The notes under the pieces are model-generated. The model was not told where the DNA came from. It saw only the letters and a list, made by a program, of their open reading frames with translations, and did no database searches. From NCBI GenBank assembly GCA_050084985.1, contig JBITNC010000002.1, forward strand, positions 32,302,001 to 32,366,000: 64,000 bases of DNA. The letters run 5' to 3'. Origin of the DNA: Nageia nagi. Taxonomy: Eukaryota; Plantae; Pinophyta. The position numbers and the translations under genes are program-made. Each line of letters starts with the position of its first letter. Positions within the stretch are counted from its first letter, which is position 1. Of the stretch, positions 12,801 to 27,290 are shown one piece after another.

Positions 12801-15640
12801 AGATGTTATAAAAGGAGATTTTAGATCAATTACACCTTGCAATCTTAACCCAAGGGTATCACTCAAGAAGTATTGATAGGATCTAGTTGCACTCTAAAAG
12901 AGAGAGAAGATCTAGTAGAAAGATTCAAGAAATACAAAGATGTATTTCCCTATAGTTAAATACCCTTAAAGGTTCTCAAAAGATGTATTTTAACATATCA
13001 TTCCTTTGAAACTTGATAATAATTTTTTCACCAAAAGCTAAGAAGATTCAACCCAAATATCGAAGGTATGATAAAGAAATAGGTCAAGAAAATGCTAGAT
13101 TTGAATATCATTTATCTCATCAGTATTTCATCATGGGTTGCTAGTATTGTTATTTTTAGAAAAAATAATGCTAAGATAATAATATGCATAGAATTCATAA
13201 CACTAAATTTGGATTCTATTAAAGATAATTACCAATTTCCCATGATGGATCACCTATTACAGATTGTTAATGGATCAAGAATGTTTTCCATATTGGATGG
13301 CTTTTCAAGCTTTAATCAAATATGGGTAAAAGAAGAAGATTAGTTTAAAATGATATTTACTACTCCATGAGGTACATTTCCTTATAATAAAATGCCTTTT
13401 GGATTAACCAACATAGGAGATACCTTCTAGATAGAAATGGATTATGCTTATAAAGATCTGATTAACAAGATCATTATGATTTACTTAGATGATATGAATG
13501 TATTTTCTATGAAAAGGGAATATCATCTTGATCATGTGGAAGAAGTTTTGAAGAAGTGCAAAGAGTTTGATATATTACTAAACACTAAGAAGTATATATT
13601 TGGGGTAACAGAAGAGAAGTTACTAGGTCACATTATCTCCAAAGGAGGAACAAAGATAGAACTAGAAAGATTCTAGACCATCAAGAAATTACTACTCCCA
13701 AATAGTAAAAAAAATTGGGAAAGTGAATTTTGTACATAGATTTATCCCAGACTTTACCAAAATTATCTTTCCATTGAGTAAAATGATGAAACAAAATATT
13801 GATTTCAAATGGGATAAAGAGGGAAGAGTGGCTTTTGAAGGGATTAAAGAAGCTCTTTGCAAGTGCTCCCATAATGGTGAAACAAAATTTTAAATAACCC
13901 TTCTAAATATACACTTATGCTTTTGATCATACTGTTAGTGCTATCCTCACTCAAATCATTGATGCTGATGAAAACATATGATTGTGCTCATGAGTCATGC
14001 ACTAAAAATCACTAAGTAAAAATATACATTCCTAGAGAAGAAAGCATTTGTAGTGGTTAAATCTATTAAACACATTAAAGTGTATATAAAAGGAAATGGA
14101 ACAATTACTTTTGTACCTGAACTTGTAATAAAAAATATTACTCACCAACCATGAATTGTATGAGACAAGAGGGTCATGGATAGTCGAATTATAAGGTCAT
14201 GATCTTATTTTCAAATCAATCAAAATAGTAAGAGGAAAAGGCTTATGCAAGATAATCGCTAATACCCTACCTTTAAAAGAGCTTCAAGAATAAAATGAAT
14301 TTGAAATCCCAAAGCTAGATACCACTACGAAACCAAATGAAGTGATCCATAAGGAATTCTCTTGCATACTAGTAACCAAATCCAACTGGTATGATGACAT
14401 AGCAATATATCTCAAAACTAAAAAAATCTAAATAATTTATCACCAAATGCAAGATGACAAGATGACCACTATGTATCAAATCATGAAAGTACTATTTACA
14501 TGATAATATTTTGTTTAGAATTTTTTTTGATGGGTTATTACTTAGATGCATAGAAAATGATAAAATTCTCAAAGAATTTCATGATAGAGTACATGGTGTA
14601 CATTTTCCCCCAACTACTACTGCTTGTAAAATTATTAGAGTAAGATATTACTTGGTCTACACTTTTTCAAGACTACATTGCATGTGTCAAAACATATGTA
14701 GAATACTAGAGGTTTTTTGGTAGAGAATATTTTTGGAAATCCCCTCTTAAGTTGGTAATAGTTGACACACCTTTCTCTAAGTGGGGAATCGATTTCATAG
14801 GGAAAATAAACCCAACATCAAGCAAAGGACAAGCATTCATCATTATAAAAATTGAATATCTCACTAAATAGTTAGAATCAATTCCAACTTGGAGAGCTAC
14901 TTCTAGAGTCATAATCAATTTTTTAGAAAAGAACATCTACTTGAGATTTGAAGTTCCCATAACTATAGTTGTAAATAATGTGAGATGTTTTGACTTAGTA
15001 GAAATAACTAGTCATACCTTGAATTACAACATAGAGATTAAGCTAATTTCAAACTATTATCCTCATGTGAATGGTCTCATAGAATCTTCCAACAAAAATA
15101 TAAGAAGGATTATCATAAGAATTCTTTGATAGAATAAAAGAGATTAGCACATCTAACTATATTTTGCATTATGGTAAGATATAATTACACCAAAATAATT
15201 TACAAAGCATTCATACTTATATTTGGTATATAGATGAGAAGTTGTTCTACCAATTCAACTAAAAGTAACTTGTTTAAAGCTAGTGGAAAATGTCAAAGAA
15301 GAAGAACAACTCGTCAATCGATATTTTAAGTTGTTGGAATTGGATGAAAATCAAGAGATTGCAATTCAAAATGAAATTATGAATGAAAATAAGATGAATA
15401 ATTCTTTTGATCAATATGTGCATAACCAAGAATTTGAATTGGAAAAAAAAGTATGGTTGTAGGATAGCAAACACAAAGATAAAGGAAAACACCTAAAGTT
15501 TGAATCCTTATGGTTGGGATGTTACAAGATCTTTGAAAAAGTATTAGATGAAACCTACAAGCTATTAGATGGGAGGTATATTATTTTCCCAATCCCCTAT
15601 AATATCATCCACCTCAAAAAATTCTATCCTTATAGCATCA
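9900..15640 (+). pseudogene. gag-pol remnant: gag (~9900-10950), protease (~11600-11980), aRH (~12190-12550), RT (~12870-13690), RH (~13900-14260), integrase (~14380-15640)
   Basis: gag EHEDVSVKMLVQTF; protease DLGVKNNIMP...DMPISYGMLL; RT SSWVASIV, LDGFSSFNQI, MPFGLTN, IYLDD, LLGHIIS; INT PFSKWGIDF, NYYPHVNGLIESSNK, WLGCYKI. Many stops and frameshifts. Confidence 0.92.
12190..12550 (+). pseudogene. Additional archaeal-type RNase H domain upstream of RT
   Basis: *EMYFNGS...RLKFHCTNNISKYEALYRGF...FGDAKLIVK*V...AIP*HLNS*VDA matches the aRH motifs WxxYFDGS / CTNNxAEYEAL / GDSxLVVxQV / IPRxxNxxAD. Confidence 0.88.
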
Positions 15641-16797
15641 ATGAAAACCAAATTGAGGATATACTCCTCAAGAAGGCATCTTGATGTCCTATTTTATTTA
15701 ATCATTTTTTTTTTGTGTTGTGCTTGGTTTTCTAAGATATTTTCCTAATTTAGGTTTAAAGACTCAAGGAGATCCTATGATTTATGTTGAAAGTACATAC
15801 ATAATAATATTCAAGAAAAATTTGTCAAAAGGGGGTTAGGGAAAAATAAATTCTTTCATGGTATGCACCCAAATATTTTACTTCTTTATCAACAATTGTG
15901 ATATGTGTTTTAATTAGCCCTTTATATTTTTAGAAATTACTTTGGTCACAACATTGATGCCTAGATTTCAAATCTTTCACATGAGTTCTATTTAATGGTC
16001 TATGATGAAGTAATAACATATCCCTAGTAATCACAAATAACTTTAATAGTCTAGTCATAAGGATTTGAGGATACTAGGGATGGATTAAATGGGTTGTTAT
16101 TTTTAAAATCACTAACCTAAATTTGGTAATACTGAGAGGGTCTATCTAACCAAAAGAATACTTTTACAATTCATCAATGGTCAAAGCAACTCCATCAGAG
16201 CTATATATGCTTAACTGATAGTGGTAGAAAAGCTTTGAATTCAATGGTATCCCTACTGAAGCTATAGATGCCTAATTGGAAGTAGAGGCAATGCCCTGTG
16301 TGAAAAGATACCATGGGTGCATATGATTAATTTTGAGTGTATATTTAGAGTGGACTAAAAGTTTAGCATCCTCAGATATAATAGAAGCTACGATGAACAT
16401 CTTTTGACACTTTCATACACTAGTTAAGGAAAGTTGCTACTTGATTTATGACTAATTAATCTATTTCTATATGATCATTACTTGATATCTAGATAACATT
16501 AATAGTGACCATAACATATTTTGGAGGGTTATTTTTTTTAAAATGTAATCCTAACTACTAGTAAAAATGAAAAGAAAATGTCATGTTGTGTAAGTGATTA
16601 TTCTCCTTACATCATCTTGTAGTCTTACTCAAGTTATCATACAAACATACTTGTGAACATTAAGAGAAGTTATCTTTGGTCTTTATTTTAACTTTTATTT
16701 GTTATTTTCATATCTTTTCTAGTTACATCACCTTAATAATTGAAGATGTTAGAATCTCTACCTTGATTCAAACCAAAACATACAAAAATAGATCCAA

Positions 16798-19700
16798 TGT
16801 TACCACCCAAAATTTTATAAACTTGCAAGGGAGAAAAATTTCATTCTAACAAAGTCCTATATCCCCCATAATCAAGTTAAAAATTAAAAAAAAATTGAAT
16901 TTTCATATTTTTTTGAAGTACTTTTTCTTTGGTTGGATCTTAGGAGCCTTTAACAATGTTATCAACTTGTTGGATCCAACTAACTAATTTTTTCGATTCT
17001 CTTATTTTCTTTTGGTTGGATTGAAACTTAACTCAACATCATTATCATTAATCTCCTAGACTTGATCATCCATTTTACTTTATCTAGAGACAAATGCTTC
17101 TTGACCACACATCATAATTTATCATCATTATCATATTCTATCTAACTAGCCATCTTTTTATTGAGTCATATCCTCCAAGAAGTTAATAACAAGGAAATTA
17201 TTTCATCATCGATCTTCATGATCTAAATAACTATTTCCCATTAGTTGGATAGAGATCCTAAATGACCCACTATAGCCAAATTATCAACATTAGTATTTGC
17301 CACCTAACCAACACTTAGATCTTTAGTTAGACCCATAAGATCATAACTATCATCCCTAAGTTCATTTTAATTAAAGAGCTCCACCTAACCAACATTATCT
17401 CTTGATCAGATGAAGCAATAGCTTGATAACAACCTCCTATCATTTTATCATCACCCTTCACTACCCAACCAACACATTGAATCCCTCATTCAATGCACTT
17501 GTGCCTTCATTCAATTCATGTACTTGACTAAATATCGACCATTCATTTATTGACGCATGGTCCATTTGATGCATGATATGTGTCCCACCCATACCCTAAT
17601 GTGCCTATAAATATTACCTTATGGAATTGTAGTAGACTAGATCAAAACAAAAGATGAGGTTAGGAGATTACAAAGTTATCAAGTGAAGAAATATGTAAAT
17701 TTTAACTCCCTTAATACTCTCATGCATTTGACTAATGTGAAGTTAAAACGTTGAGTTGGATGTATGATATCGATAATGATATATGAAAAGGACTCTTTTT
17801 ATCTCTAATCCTGATTCAATTAATAGACTATTGATTACAAGTACCAAGGTTAATTAGGAGGAGGAGTTCGATGATGATGATGTAGAAAGGTAAAATTTTA
17901 AAGTCCTTGCAAGTCGTATCCAAGAAGGCTTGGACAAGATTATTTTGGGAGAAGATTTTTGAAGTCTTCAACTTGACCAAGAATAAAAATACTAAGCCTT
18001 AAGGTTGAATCCTAGAAAGAAGATTGATAATTGGATCTAACCAAGTAAAGCTAAGTTATCAAACCTATAGATCCAACCAACAAGGAGTGATGGTTGGAAG
18101 GAATAAGAAGATAATGATGACAAAGAAAGAGGTTCATCAATTGTCCCCTCAATATGACCTAATGAATATTTGTCTAAGTAATTGGGTCATAGCCTCAAGA
18201 GAGATAACCAAATTTGATGAAAGTTATTATTCATGTATGAAGTTCAACCTAATATAAAATTATTTAAGTGTTGATGGTAAGGGAAAATATGATATTGACA
18301 ATAAAAAAAGTGTAATATTAGTTGAATAACTTCTCAAACCAACCCAATTGGAAATCAAGTTAAGTCTCATGATCAAATCTTTGAGACCTACAATGACTAA
18401 AAATTTTCAAATTTTATCAATCCATTAAGTTCAATGATAGAAAGGATGAATTTTGCTAAGTATTGAGTTGGAAGATTGATGAAGGTGATGATGATAATAA
18501 ATTACTAAAAGTGTTCAAGTATTTTAGCTTGACAAAGAGGAAATGTTTGTCCTAATTATAATATAGAAAATTAAAATCCCACTTTAATATCAAAATTTCT
18601 AACTAATATTCTTATTTTACAAAATGAGCACCTAGAAAGATAAGATCATAAAGAGTCTTATGAAGGCTTCTTTAATCAATCTACATAAGGAAGGTAGCAA
18701 GCCCTAAGATATTCATTTACAAGATAGCCTTAAATTCATCAGGGATATAGAGTGTAGTCATAATGATCCCAAGAAAATGAGTGATATTGTTGATAAATTG
18801 ATAAAGGAGTGAGAGAGAAATGATGTCATATATTATTTCAATATTTTCAAAGTCATAGTTTTCCCATTTGTAGTACATTTCTCAAAGCTAACATTAGCTA
18901 TATTAGAATATTTAGACATAAGAAAACAAAACTCAGAGACTATAAGGATAAAGTCATAGCTGACTTCCCCCCTAAAGGGATATAATCTACCTTCAATTGA
19001 TCTAAAAAGGGGATTATATATAAAAAAGAGCAATTAAATTCCAAATTTAATAAGATACACAAATCGATCAATTTGGTTAGAGATTTGTTGAAGCCAAAAT
19101 ATTGAGAGTTGGTCTATTGAAGGGTCATGGTGGTGGATAAAGTGTGATTTTAGGAAAGCACTCATATCTTATTGAGCTTATTATGTTAGGTCACCAAAAA
19201 GGACACTGATGTTCATTTGAAAAAGGATATTTTAGGATTTCTACTGAAGATTGGAGAGGGAAGAAAAATAAGGTTGAGTGTGGTGATCAGTGATACACTG
19301 ATTAAATATCTTTCCTCCATCAAGACAAAATTCAATTTTACATGAATTCTTACTTGGTTTATTTCTTATTACATGGGAAAAATAGGCTTAAGTTTATAGG
19401 CATTGGAGAGTTAATTAGGAAACTAGATATTCCATTTTATGTCATGTGCCCCAAGTAGAAAGTTAAAAATAAATGGAATGATGTTTAGATGAGAAAATAT
19501 AAGTGGGATTTTATCATTTATAAGGAATTAAAAGGGCCAAGTTGGATACAAAGGATTTCATAGGATTCAAGGAAAGCCCTCAAAGGGTTGGCTATTTTTT
19601 ATCTAGAAGAGCATTTTTTTCTTACATTTGAGTCTATGGAATAGAATTGGCACCCAAAAGACTACTGAAGCATGTGAGAAATAAGCTTATGATATTTGAA

Positions 19701-22700
19701 GTTATAATGTAATTGAAATATCAATATAAAAATATTTTAAGGATAAAGATGGTAATGATCAAGCTTCCTTTTTAATTAGGGTATTATGCATGTAATACTT
19801 GTATAGAGGAAGAAATAATGACCTTATAGTTGGAGTCTTATAGTTTGGGGAAAATGAATGTTGTAAAGAACTATGATCCTGAGGGGCTTATTGATGCATA
19901 TTTCAAAGCAAATTTCAACTCATCATGTCAACATAAATATATGGGAGGAGTTGAAAGATATCACAATGTGATATTTGATATTCAAATCCTAGACATATCC
20001 TATAAAATCAAGTAGGAGTAGGAATAAGAAAAAATGAAAGAAAAGGTAGTCACTATTTATTTTTCTCCCATTGACTTAAAATTATTAAGAATACATTTGA
20101 TACCTCTTTAGTGTAGAGCACCCCTTAAATAATCTTTAAATTAGGTAGCTATAGTAGGTATTGATCAATTTAGAACCATGGAAAATGTAAATGTTATTGA
20201 TTTACTGCAAAGTACCTACTCTCTTAAGGAGTCTCTAGAAGATGGAGGCATTGAGGAGCTATTGCATGAATTGGAAGAAGCTTTTGAGATGAAAAAAGAA
20301 GGTGATAAAGAAGTACATTACAATGAGGATATGGAAGATGAACTTAATGCAATATAAGTTTCAAAATTTGAGGAGTATAGTGAAGAAAAGGATAATGATG
20401 GGGAAGGAATTTAGAAATTTGAAAGCTCAAGCTAGTTGTCTTCAAGAAGTAGGAACCAAGATGAAAATGAAAGAAAAGATAAATTTATCCATTTCATAGG
20501 CTTTAAATAAGAATTTGAGATAATTTTGAGCCCTCCACATGAAAAATAAGTAGTTCTAACACACATGTTGGGGAAAGATTCATCCTAAAGCCATAGTTCA
20601 AAGAAATCTCAAAAGGGTACTCCTAAAGGATCGACATGACAAACAAGGAAATCACTTCAAGATTTTTTATAGGTCCTAATGGTACTAATGAAGGAGGAAA
20701 ATCTAATGATGGGGATGATAATGATGAGAAAAATATTTATAGGATAAAGAAGAGAAAATAAGATGAGCATGACCAAGCTTCGAAGAAGCATCCCATTCAT
20801 ATAAATCCACCTCAACAACCCCAAAAAGTAAATAACAAGACTTGTTTAGGAGTGGATATGAATGCTTACCTAAAAATTTTACAATACATGATAAAAGGTG
20901 AAGATTATGGAGCATATGGAGATGGTGATGATGATGATGATTCCCTTTTGACAACCCTAAAGCTACTCTAAAGTTTTTCTAGTACTAGCTTTGATGGAAA
21001 AAATTTAGTGAAGAAAATATGTAATAATAAAAAGAGACCCAAAGATGCAGCCACCCTTATAATCCATATTGATAAATATGATATTGAAAAAATTTGATGA
21101 AGATGGAATGACCTACATGGGAAAATTAGTTATGGACCATATACAAAAACTAGTAAACAACACAATTCGTGGATCAAAGAGTTAGAAGGGAAACTCAAAG
21201 AGGAAAAAGCAAAAGGGAAGAATTGGGAATTTTTTTACTTAAGATAATACTGCCTTGAAGATCAATTTTCATAAGGGAGATGCATTTACTAAGAAGGTTC
21301 AATCTCTCATCAACCAACTACTTAACACCCTAGATAGCACTTATGATTTATACATCAAGAAAGAATTGAAAGATATGGAAAAGACCATAGAAACAATGAA
21401 ATAAATTTAGGAAGCCAATGTTCAATTCATTTTGAGCTCAAAGAAGTAGTGGGGAAAAATAATGATTACCTAAATGATAATATATGATAAATTATTTTTC
21501 TATCATAGGTATTTCCCAATAACCAAATAAAAATACAAATGGATGTTGACCAGATTTAGAGTGGCATATGAGATATTGAAGATCATCATTTAGACCATGA
21601 GTATTCAATTCTTTGATGGGACTACACTAGTGTAGAAAATGTAATTGCAAGGCTAGTTTCAAAACAATGTTAGAGGCATAGTTGTTAACTAATGATATTA
21701 AATCTATTCAAGGTTAGAGTCTTCTATAAACATATTATTCATTAGTTATTTTTGAGCTAACATAATGTGATCTAATGGATGAAATCCAAATATTATACAA
21801 TGAAACAACTATAGATGCTAATGGTCTAAAGCTACATATGTGTAAATTAGTTAAGTTAATAGGGAAGGATCTACAAAAGAAGTTGGTAGATTCATTGAAG
21901 AGTAATTGAAGCTCTACCCATGTATCAACCCTTGGATAGGGTTAACTTGTAAATTGAAGAAAATAATTTTTCAATTTTTGAAGTGAGATTTAACCCATGT
22001 CTCACACCTTGGATAGGGTAATTGGAAAAGTTGGACTAATAGAAATTCCCATTTCACTTCTTAAGTTGAGAAAGATGAGTTGTTGATTGTTTTGATGGAG
22101 TCCCATGCATGTTTCACCCTTTGGATAGGGTTATTTGGTAAGAGAAAAGTATTGTTTGACTTATTGAAAGTACCATTCCACATCTTTATTTGAAGAATAC
22201 ACATGGCGAGTTGAGAAGAATTAGAATATGTTTGTTTTTTATTTATTTATCACTTTTTATTTACAAAGGGAATTTGAAGAGTCTCCTAAAGTTGAGACAT
22301 TTTTGTAATTGAAATAAGTATATGAATAGTTAGGTTTTTCCACCTTCTTTGATCTTATAAAAGGGAGGTGAGGTTATTCTAAACTCTCTCTCTCATTGTT
22401 GCAAGGAACTATAATATTTTTAAATATTAGTAAAGAAGACTTGATTGCTCTTATGATGTAATTCTATTGTTATTATTTTCATGTGTGGATGATTTTGTTA
22501 CCAGTTAATTAGTAAACTAGTGTTTCATGTGATTGTGAGAACCTTTTTTTATTTTTGCAAGCATTGCACCAAGACTTATAATTGATAGTTAAGACCAATA
22601 CAAGTAAATCAATACTAATTTTTTTATTAAGATGATAGGATAAAGAATTTCACTTTTTTTATTGAACTAATATTTAGGTATATCCTTAACTATTTTAATT

Positions 22701-22916
22701 TTAAGCAAGCTTTGTAGCTGAAATTATTGTAAGTTATCTACTCTTACCAAGTTATCAATAAAAAAGAAGAGTTTTCTAGTTAGGAACTCCTACAATAATC
22801 AATTGATTTCAATTCATTTGAAGAAGATTGAAGGTATTGAGGACCCCTTATTAAAAAGGAGGATTGCATAGTCCCTTGCTATCCCCTTTTCATCTTGCAA
22901 GGAAAAATCATTAACA
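16798..22916 (+). repeat. 3' LTR (6119 bp)
   Basis: TGTTACCACCCAAAATTTT...CATTAACA, followed by TSD AATCC. Confidence 0.93.
18570..21910 (+). pseudogene. Second copy of the LTR-embedded accessory ORF
   Basis: Collinear with 4320-7640 (e.g. YSLGKMNVVKNYDPEGLIDAYFKANF at 19830-20015). Confidence 0.75.
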
Positions 22917-25502
22917 AATCCTTCAATATCATATGGTGTCTAGCTCTATAAGTAAGTATAGGTCCAAGGCTAAGACACATGAGCCCTAGGTTGGACATAA
23001 TTCTCGACATGGTAGGAACTAGTTGTATTTATGACTTATTTCATATATATATCCATTTTTGATGATTTTGTTTGATTTTTATGAATTTATTATGCATTCT
23101 ACTTTTTCATTTTTACATGTTATGAAACATTACGTTAAATAATACATACGAATATTTATTTAATAACAAAAAGGAAACATTAACTTAAACACACAATATA
23201 TTTCATAACATTTTAAATAAAGTTTTATGAAAATAAAAATTATAACTTTTACATGGTCATGAAGAAAGGACACATTTTAACAAAAATAAGAAACAATCAA
23301 TTTTTGTAGGCCTAAAATATAGTGACATCATTAGGATACAACGATGTTGCTTGATTAATAAGAGAAAAAATATTTTATAAAAGAGACAAAATTCATAATT
23401 TTTTTTTGAAACATGGAAAAAGGAGTTTAGTTTTAATGGAAACAAAGGATGAATTTTGAAAGACCTAGGCTATTATGTAAAATACCTAATGAGAAAGATA
23501 GCACTAAGTTTGCTAAGTTTTTCAATCATTAATACTTTTTTGTTGATACCAAATTCAATTATTACTTTAGTTATCAGTTTAAATTTTTATGTTGGTTAAC
23601 ATAGAGATGCTATTGGAATCCAACAATATTTATAGGATATAGGCATAGAAGAATACATAATTTTTATGATACATTTTAAATTTTCATTTAATGATTAAAA
23701 AATACAATATTAGCTATAGGTAATAAAAGTTTATGAAACAACCCAAATTCTATCAACATCATATATCATACCTAGAAATTGTGGTTGTTGTACTTATGAT
23801 TGTAATTGAGGAACACTTACAAAATTAGTTTTTACTTGCTTCCCATCTTTGTTAAGTTATGCATTCTTGAATTATGAGAAAAGATTATTCAAGATATTTA
23901 GCCTTTGATTATGTGGATGTAGGTCCATTTTGTACCACCTTTTCCCTGTGTTGCTACAAAACTTCATTTAAAACCTCATGATCAAATTTAAATTTACCTT
24001 CATCATTTAAATACTATATTAAATTTTTTAAATGAAAATACTCTTTTGTAGCATGATCGACTCTTCTATGGAAGTTACAAAAGAGGTGTGCTTGATATCC
24101 CAAAGGTTTTATTCAAGGGGGATCTTTTATGGGTGGATAACAGATTAGGTTCATTTTAAATTTTTAACTAAGGCATATAAGATATCATTTGTATCTTCAT
24201 GAAATTCAATATATTATCTTCATGATCATCTAGGTTACCACACTTCAATATCATCATTTTGGTTTCTAGTTTAGGTTGAGTTTGGACTTCCTAGGCTTTG
24301 CAAAAAAAATGGGTTTGAGGACTATTTTGTGCTTCATGTGATCTAATGGTTCATTTAAGGATTTATGAAGAGCTTCCTTAATAATCATCTCATCTATCAA
24401 TTTATCATAAGGAAAATCTTGGAAGTCAAAGAAATCATTTCTATAGGATGGTAATAAGGCTTCAAAAAGGATATGTTTCTTTCCTCTATTAGGGATGCTT
24501 TAGACCATTCAATAATGAAATCACTAAAGAGTTATCCTTTATTTTATTTTAAATTATATATGTTTAATGGGGATGGTTATTATGTGATATATAAGTAATA
24601 TCTAGCAAGAAATGCCTTAACTATATTATTAAAACATGTAATACTTTCATTAGGTAGATTAGTAAACCATAAGAATGGATTTGCTCACAAAATAAGAGGA
24701 AATAATTTAGCTAATAAAACATCATCATTATCAAATGAAATAAATTCTAAATGAAACCTTTGTAAATTTACTCTAGGAGACAATAATGACATCAAACATT
24801 ATAAAAGTTATATGTTTATCATACCTTTTTTAGCGAATATGCTATCAGAATGGATGTTCATTTCCTCTTGAAACCATAGGTGCAAATTTATTGATACAAG
24901 CCAATATAGATTCAATTTGTTGCTTTTGTTGTGAAATATGGTTGATTGCATGATTTATATTTACTTGCCTTGATGGTCCATTGATATCTTTATCCTTATC
25001 TTTGGCTAATCCTATAAATAATCCAAACCATTAAAACTTTTCTTGTTCTAATGTTCTTACCAACTTGTTAACCATTTCCTTTTTGTATTTTGGTGAAGCT
25101 AATTTGAAATCCATATCAAGTTTTAGAAAACTCAAGTCTTTTTTTAATATTGCATATTCATCATCTAACCATCCGAGTCTCCATCTCATATCATATTCTA
25201 TTGCTGGATCTAGTTCATCCATTCAAACATTAGGGATGACTTGTCTATTAAGTACTTCATATTTTGTAATATCAATTAGCTCCTCTTCATCAATATTATC
25301 TTCCTTTTATTTTTCACATTTTGAAGGTATCTATTGGATTATGAGATATTCTTTGGCAACCCTTGATGTTTGTGGATTTGGCATAGGATACGAATTGGTG
25401 AGTAAGGCAAGGGCATTAGGCTCAACATCACTGCTAGGTTCTATTTGACTAGGAGGTAACTATTTTTGGGATTAAAAATTAGGGAAATTGTTAGGTAATA
25501 AT

Positions 25503-27121
25503 TGTTGATTGAGATTGTGTAATATGTGCGCCTGGAACAATCTTAACCAAAGTAGTTCACGAACAGACTATGGGACGCAGCCTGATCTCCGGAGAAGGCC
25601 GGTTCCTTATCCATTGGGTAAAGAAAAAGTAACAGGAAAGAGATAAAAAGAGTAGGGAGCGAGAGATTCAAGCAAAAGGATAGGGTAACAAGAAAGGAAG
25701 TAAAAGGATAGGGTAACGAGAGAGGAAGTAAAGGGATAGGGTAACGAGAGAGAAAGCAAAGGGGTAGATCACTAGTTCAGCGCGGGCTTTCGCAGTGTGC
25801 GAAACCTTGGCCTGAATCTAGTGTCGCAGCCACAGAACAAGTTCTCACTCTCTGAATAGCTCCCCAGCTTCTACTCTACCATGTAGCAGACACAGTTATA
25901 CTAGCAACCCGCAACTATTACTCAGGAAACAAGCTAAGCTGCCACAATGTAACCAAATTAAGAATAACAATTACGAGTGCTAGACAAGAAAGGTCAAGAT
26001 GGTTTCATAGTACCGGACTGAAGCTACAGGTCTTCGAGAACAAATGAAAAGGGCAATACTAGGCTTCCGACCCTAGTTTCTCTTTATTTTCATATATTTA
26101 TACTGTATTAATAACAGTTACAAGATTACAGAATAGAAACGTTTACAAAACGGCCGCAAGATTCTGGCCTTCTTGAACTGATATCACCTACATATGACAC
26201 TTGGCCAACTGTTACAAAATTGGGCAGATCGCCGATGATTCGGTTCCCTGATGATGGCGCTCAGGTATTTTGCAGACTTCCTTCTCTCCCAGAATGTTCA
26301 ATTCTCCAACTCGGACTCTTCGATCTTTCATTGTGGCCTATTTTCCTCTGGACGCGGTCTTAATCCCAAATGTTAATCTTTCCCCTTCGCCTGACGTCAG
26401 CCTTGAATCTCCGGACTTCTTTATTCACTGGCTCCGGACACTAAATTGCTCCTTGATGATGTCATCCATTCCGGGCTCCGATTTGCTTTATGAATGTAAA
26501 CTTTATATCTCCTTGTGACGTCACCTTTGAATCTCCAGAATTTCCCGCTCGCTGGTTCCGGATGCTAAATTTCTCTTTGCTGATGTCATCTGTTCCGGGC
26601 TTTTTAGTTCCCTTTGATGAACTCATCATCTCCGGACTCCGGTTCTTATTCAAAATGTGAACGTCGTTTCGCCTGTGACGTCATCTTTCTTTCCTCCGGA
26701 ATGTTTTCCTTTATGGCTCCGGATACTAAGTCGCTACCTGCTGACGTCACCCTCTTATTTCTCCGGAATGCTTTACTCAAAGGCTCCGGATACGAAGTTA
26801 CTCCTTGCAGACGTCATCTTCATATATCCGGAATGCTTTGTTTCCCGGATACACTTGTGCTTACTTCATCTTTTTCGGAACTTGGTCCTTGCCGAAATCT
26901 GACCGCCTTGCTGACATCATTTTGTTCCGAAATCCGGTCTTCACCAAAATATGACTATCTTATCCTCCGCAACGTCTCCATTCCATTCCGGGAAACTTTG
27001 CTCTGACTCAGGGCTGCTTTATCTGCTCCGGAAAAACTCCCGGGGATCTTAAAATAAATCCATGATTGAAGTAAAGTACCCCGGGGCTTTACTTCAAGGA
27101 TTTACTATGTAGGAATCTACA
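25503..27121 (-). repeat. 3' LTR of the young element (1619 bp)
   Basis: About 21 transitions and one 1-bp indel against 28381-29998, counted by eye. Confidence 0.95.
25674..25757. repeat. 3 x 28-bp tandem repeat within the LTR (also at ~28552-28635)
   Basis: Unit AAAAGGATAGGGTAACRAGARAGGAAGT. Confidence 0.85.
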
Positions 27122-27290
27122 TTATGGCGACCTCTGAGGGAAAATTTCGCCTTTATCAAAGAGAAATTTGGAGCCCAGTCAAAAATAATACCAAAATAAT
27201 GCCGATGCATTTATCTACTACATAAGCTCCGGAACCACTTAGATTTTTTTTTTTTTTTTTGTGCTCCCACTGTTCGGCTTTATTTCAATA

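Larger units (their letters stand above)
2547..22916 (+). mobile_element. Full-length, ancient Ty3/gypsy (Tat-type) LTR retrotransposon, 20.4 kb
   Basis: Two collinear ~6.1-kb direct repeats (T[A/G]TTACCA...TTAACA); exact 5-bp TSD AATCC at 2542-2546 and 22917-22921; PBS after the 5' LTR; internal gag-PR-aRH-RT-RH-INT remnants. Confidence 0.95.

Noticed and set aside
26270-27006. Overlapping 63-130-aa ORFs (duplicated at 29071-29883)
   Set aside because: They lie in the GC-rich repetitive U3 of the young LTR, are open in several frames at once and show no recognisable motif.
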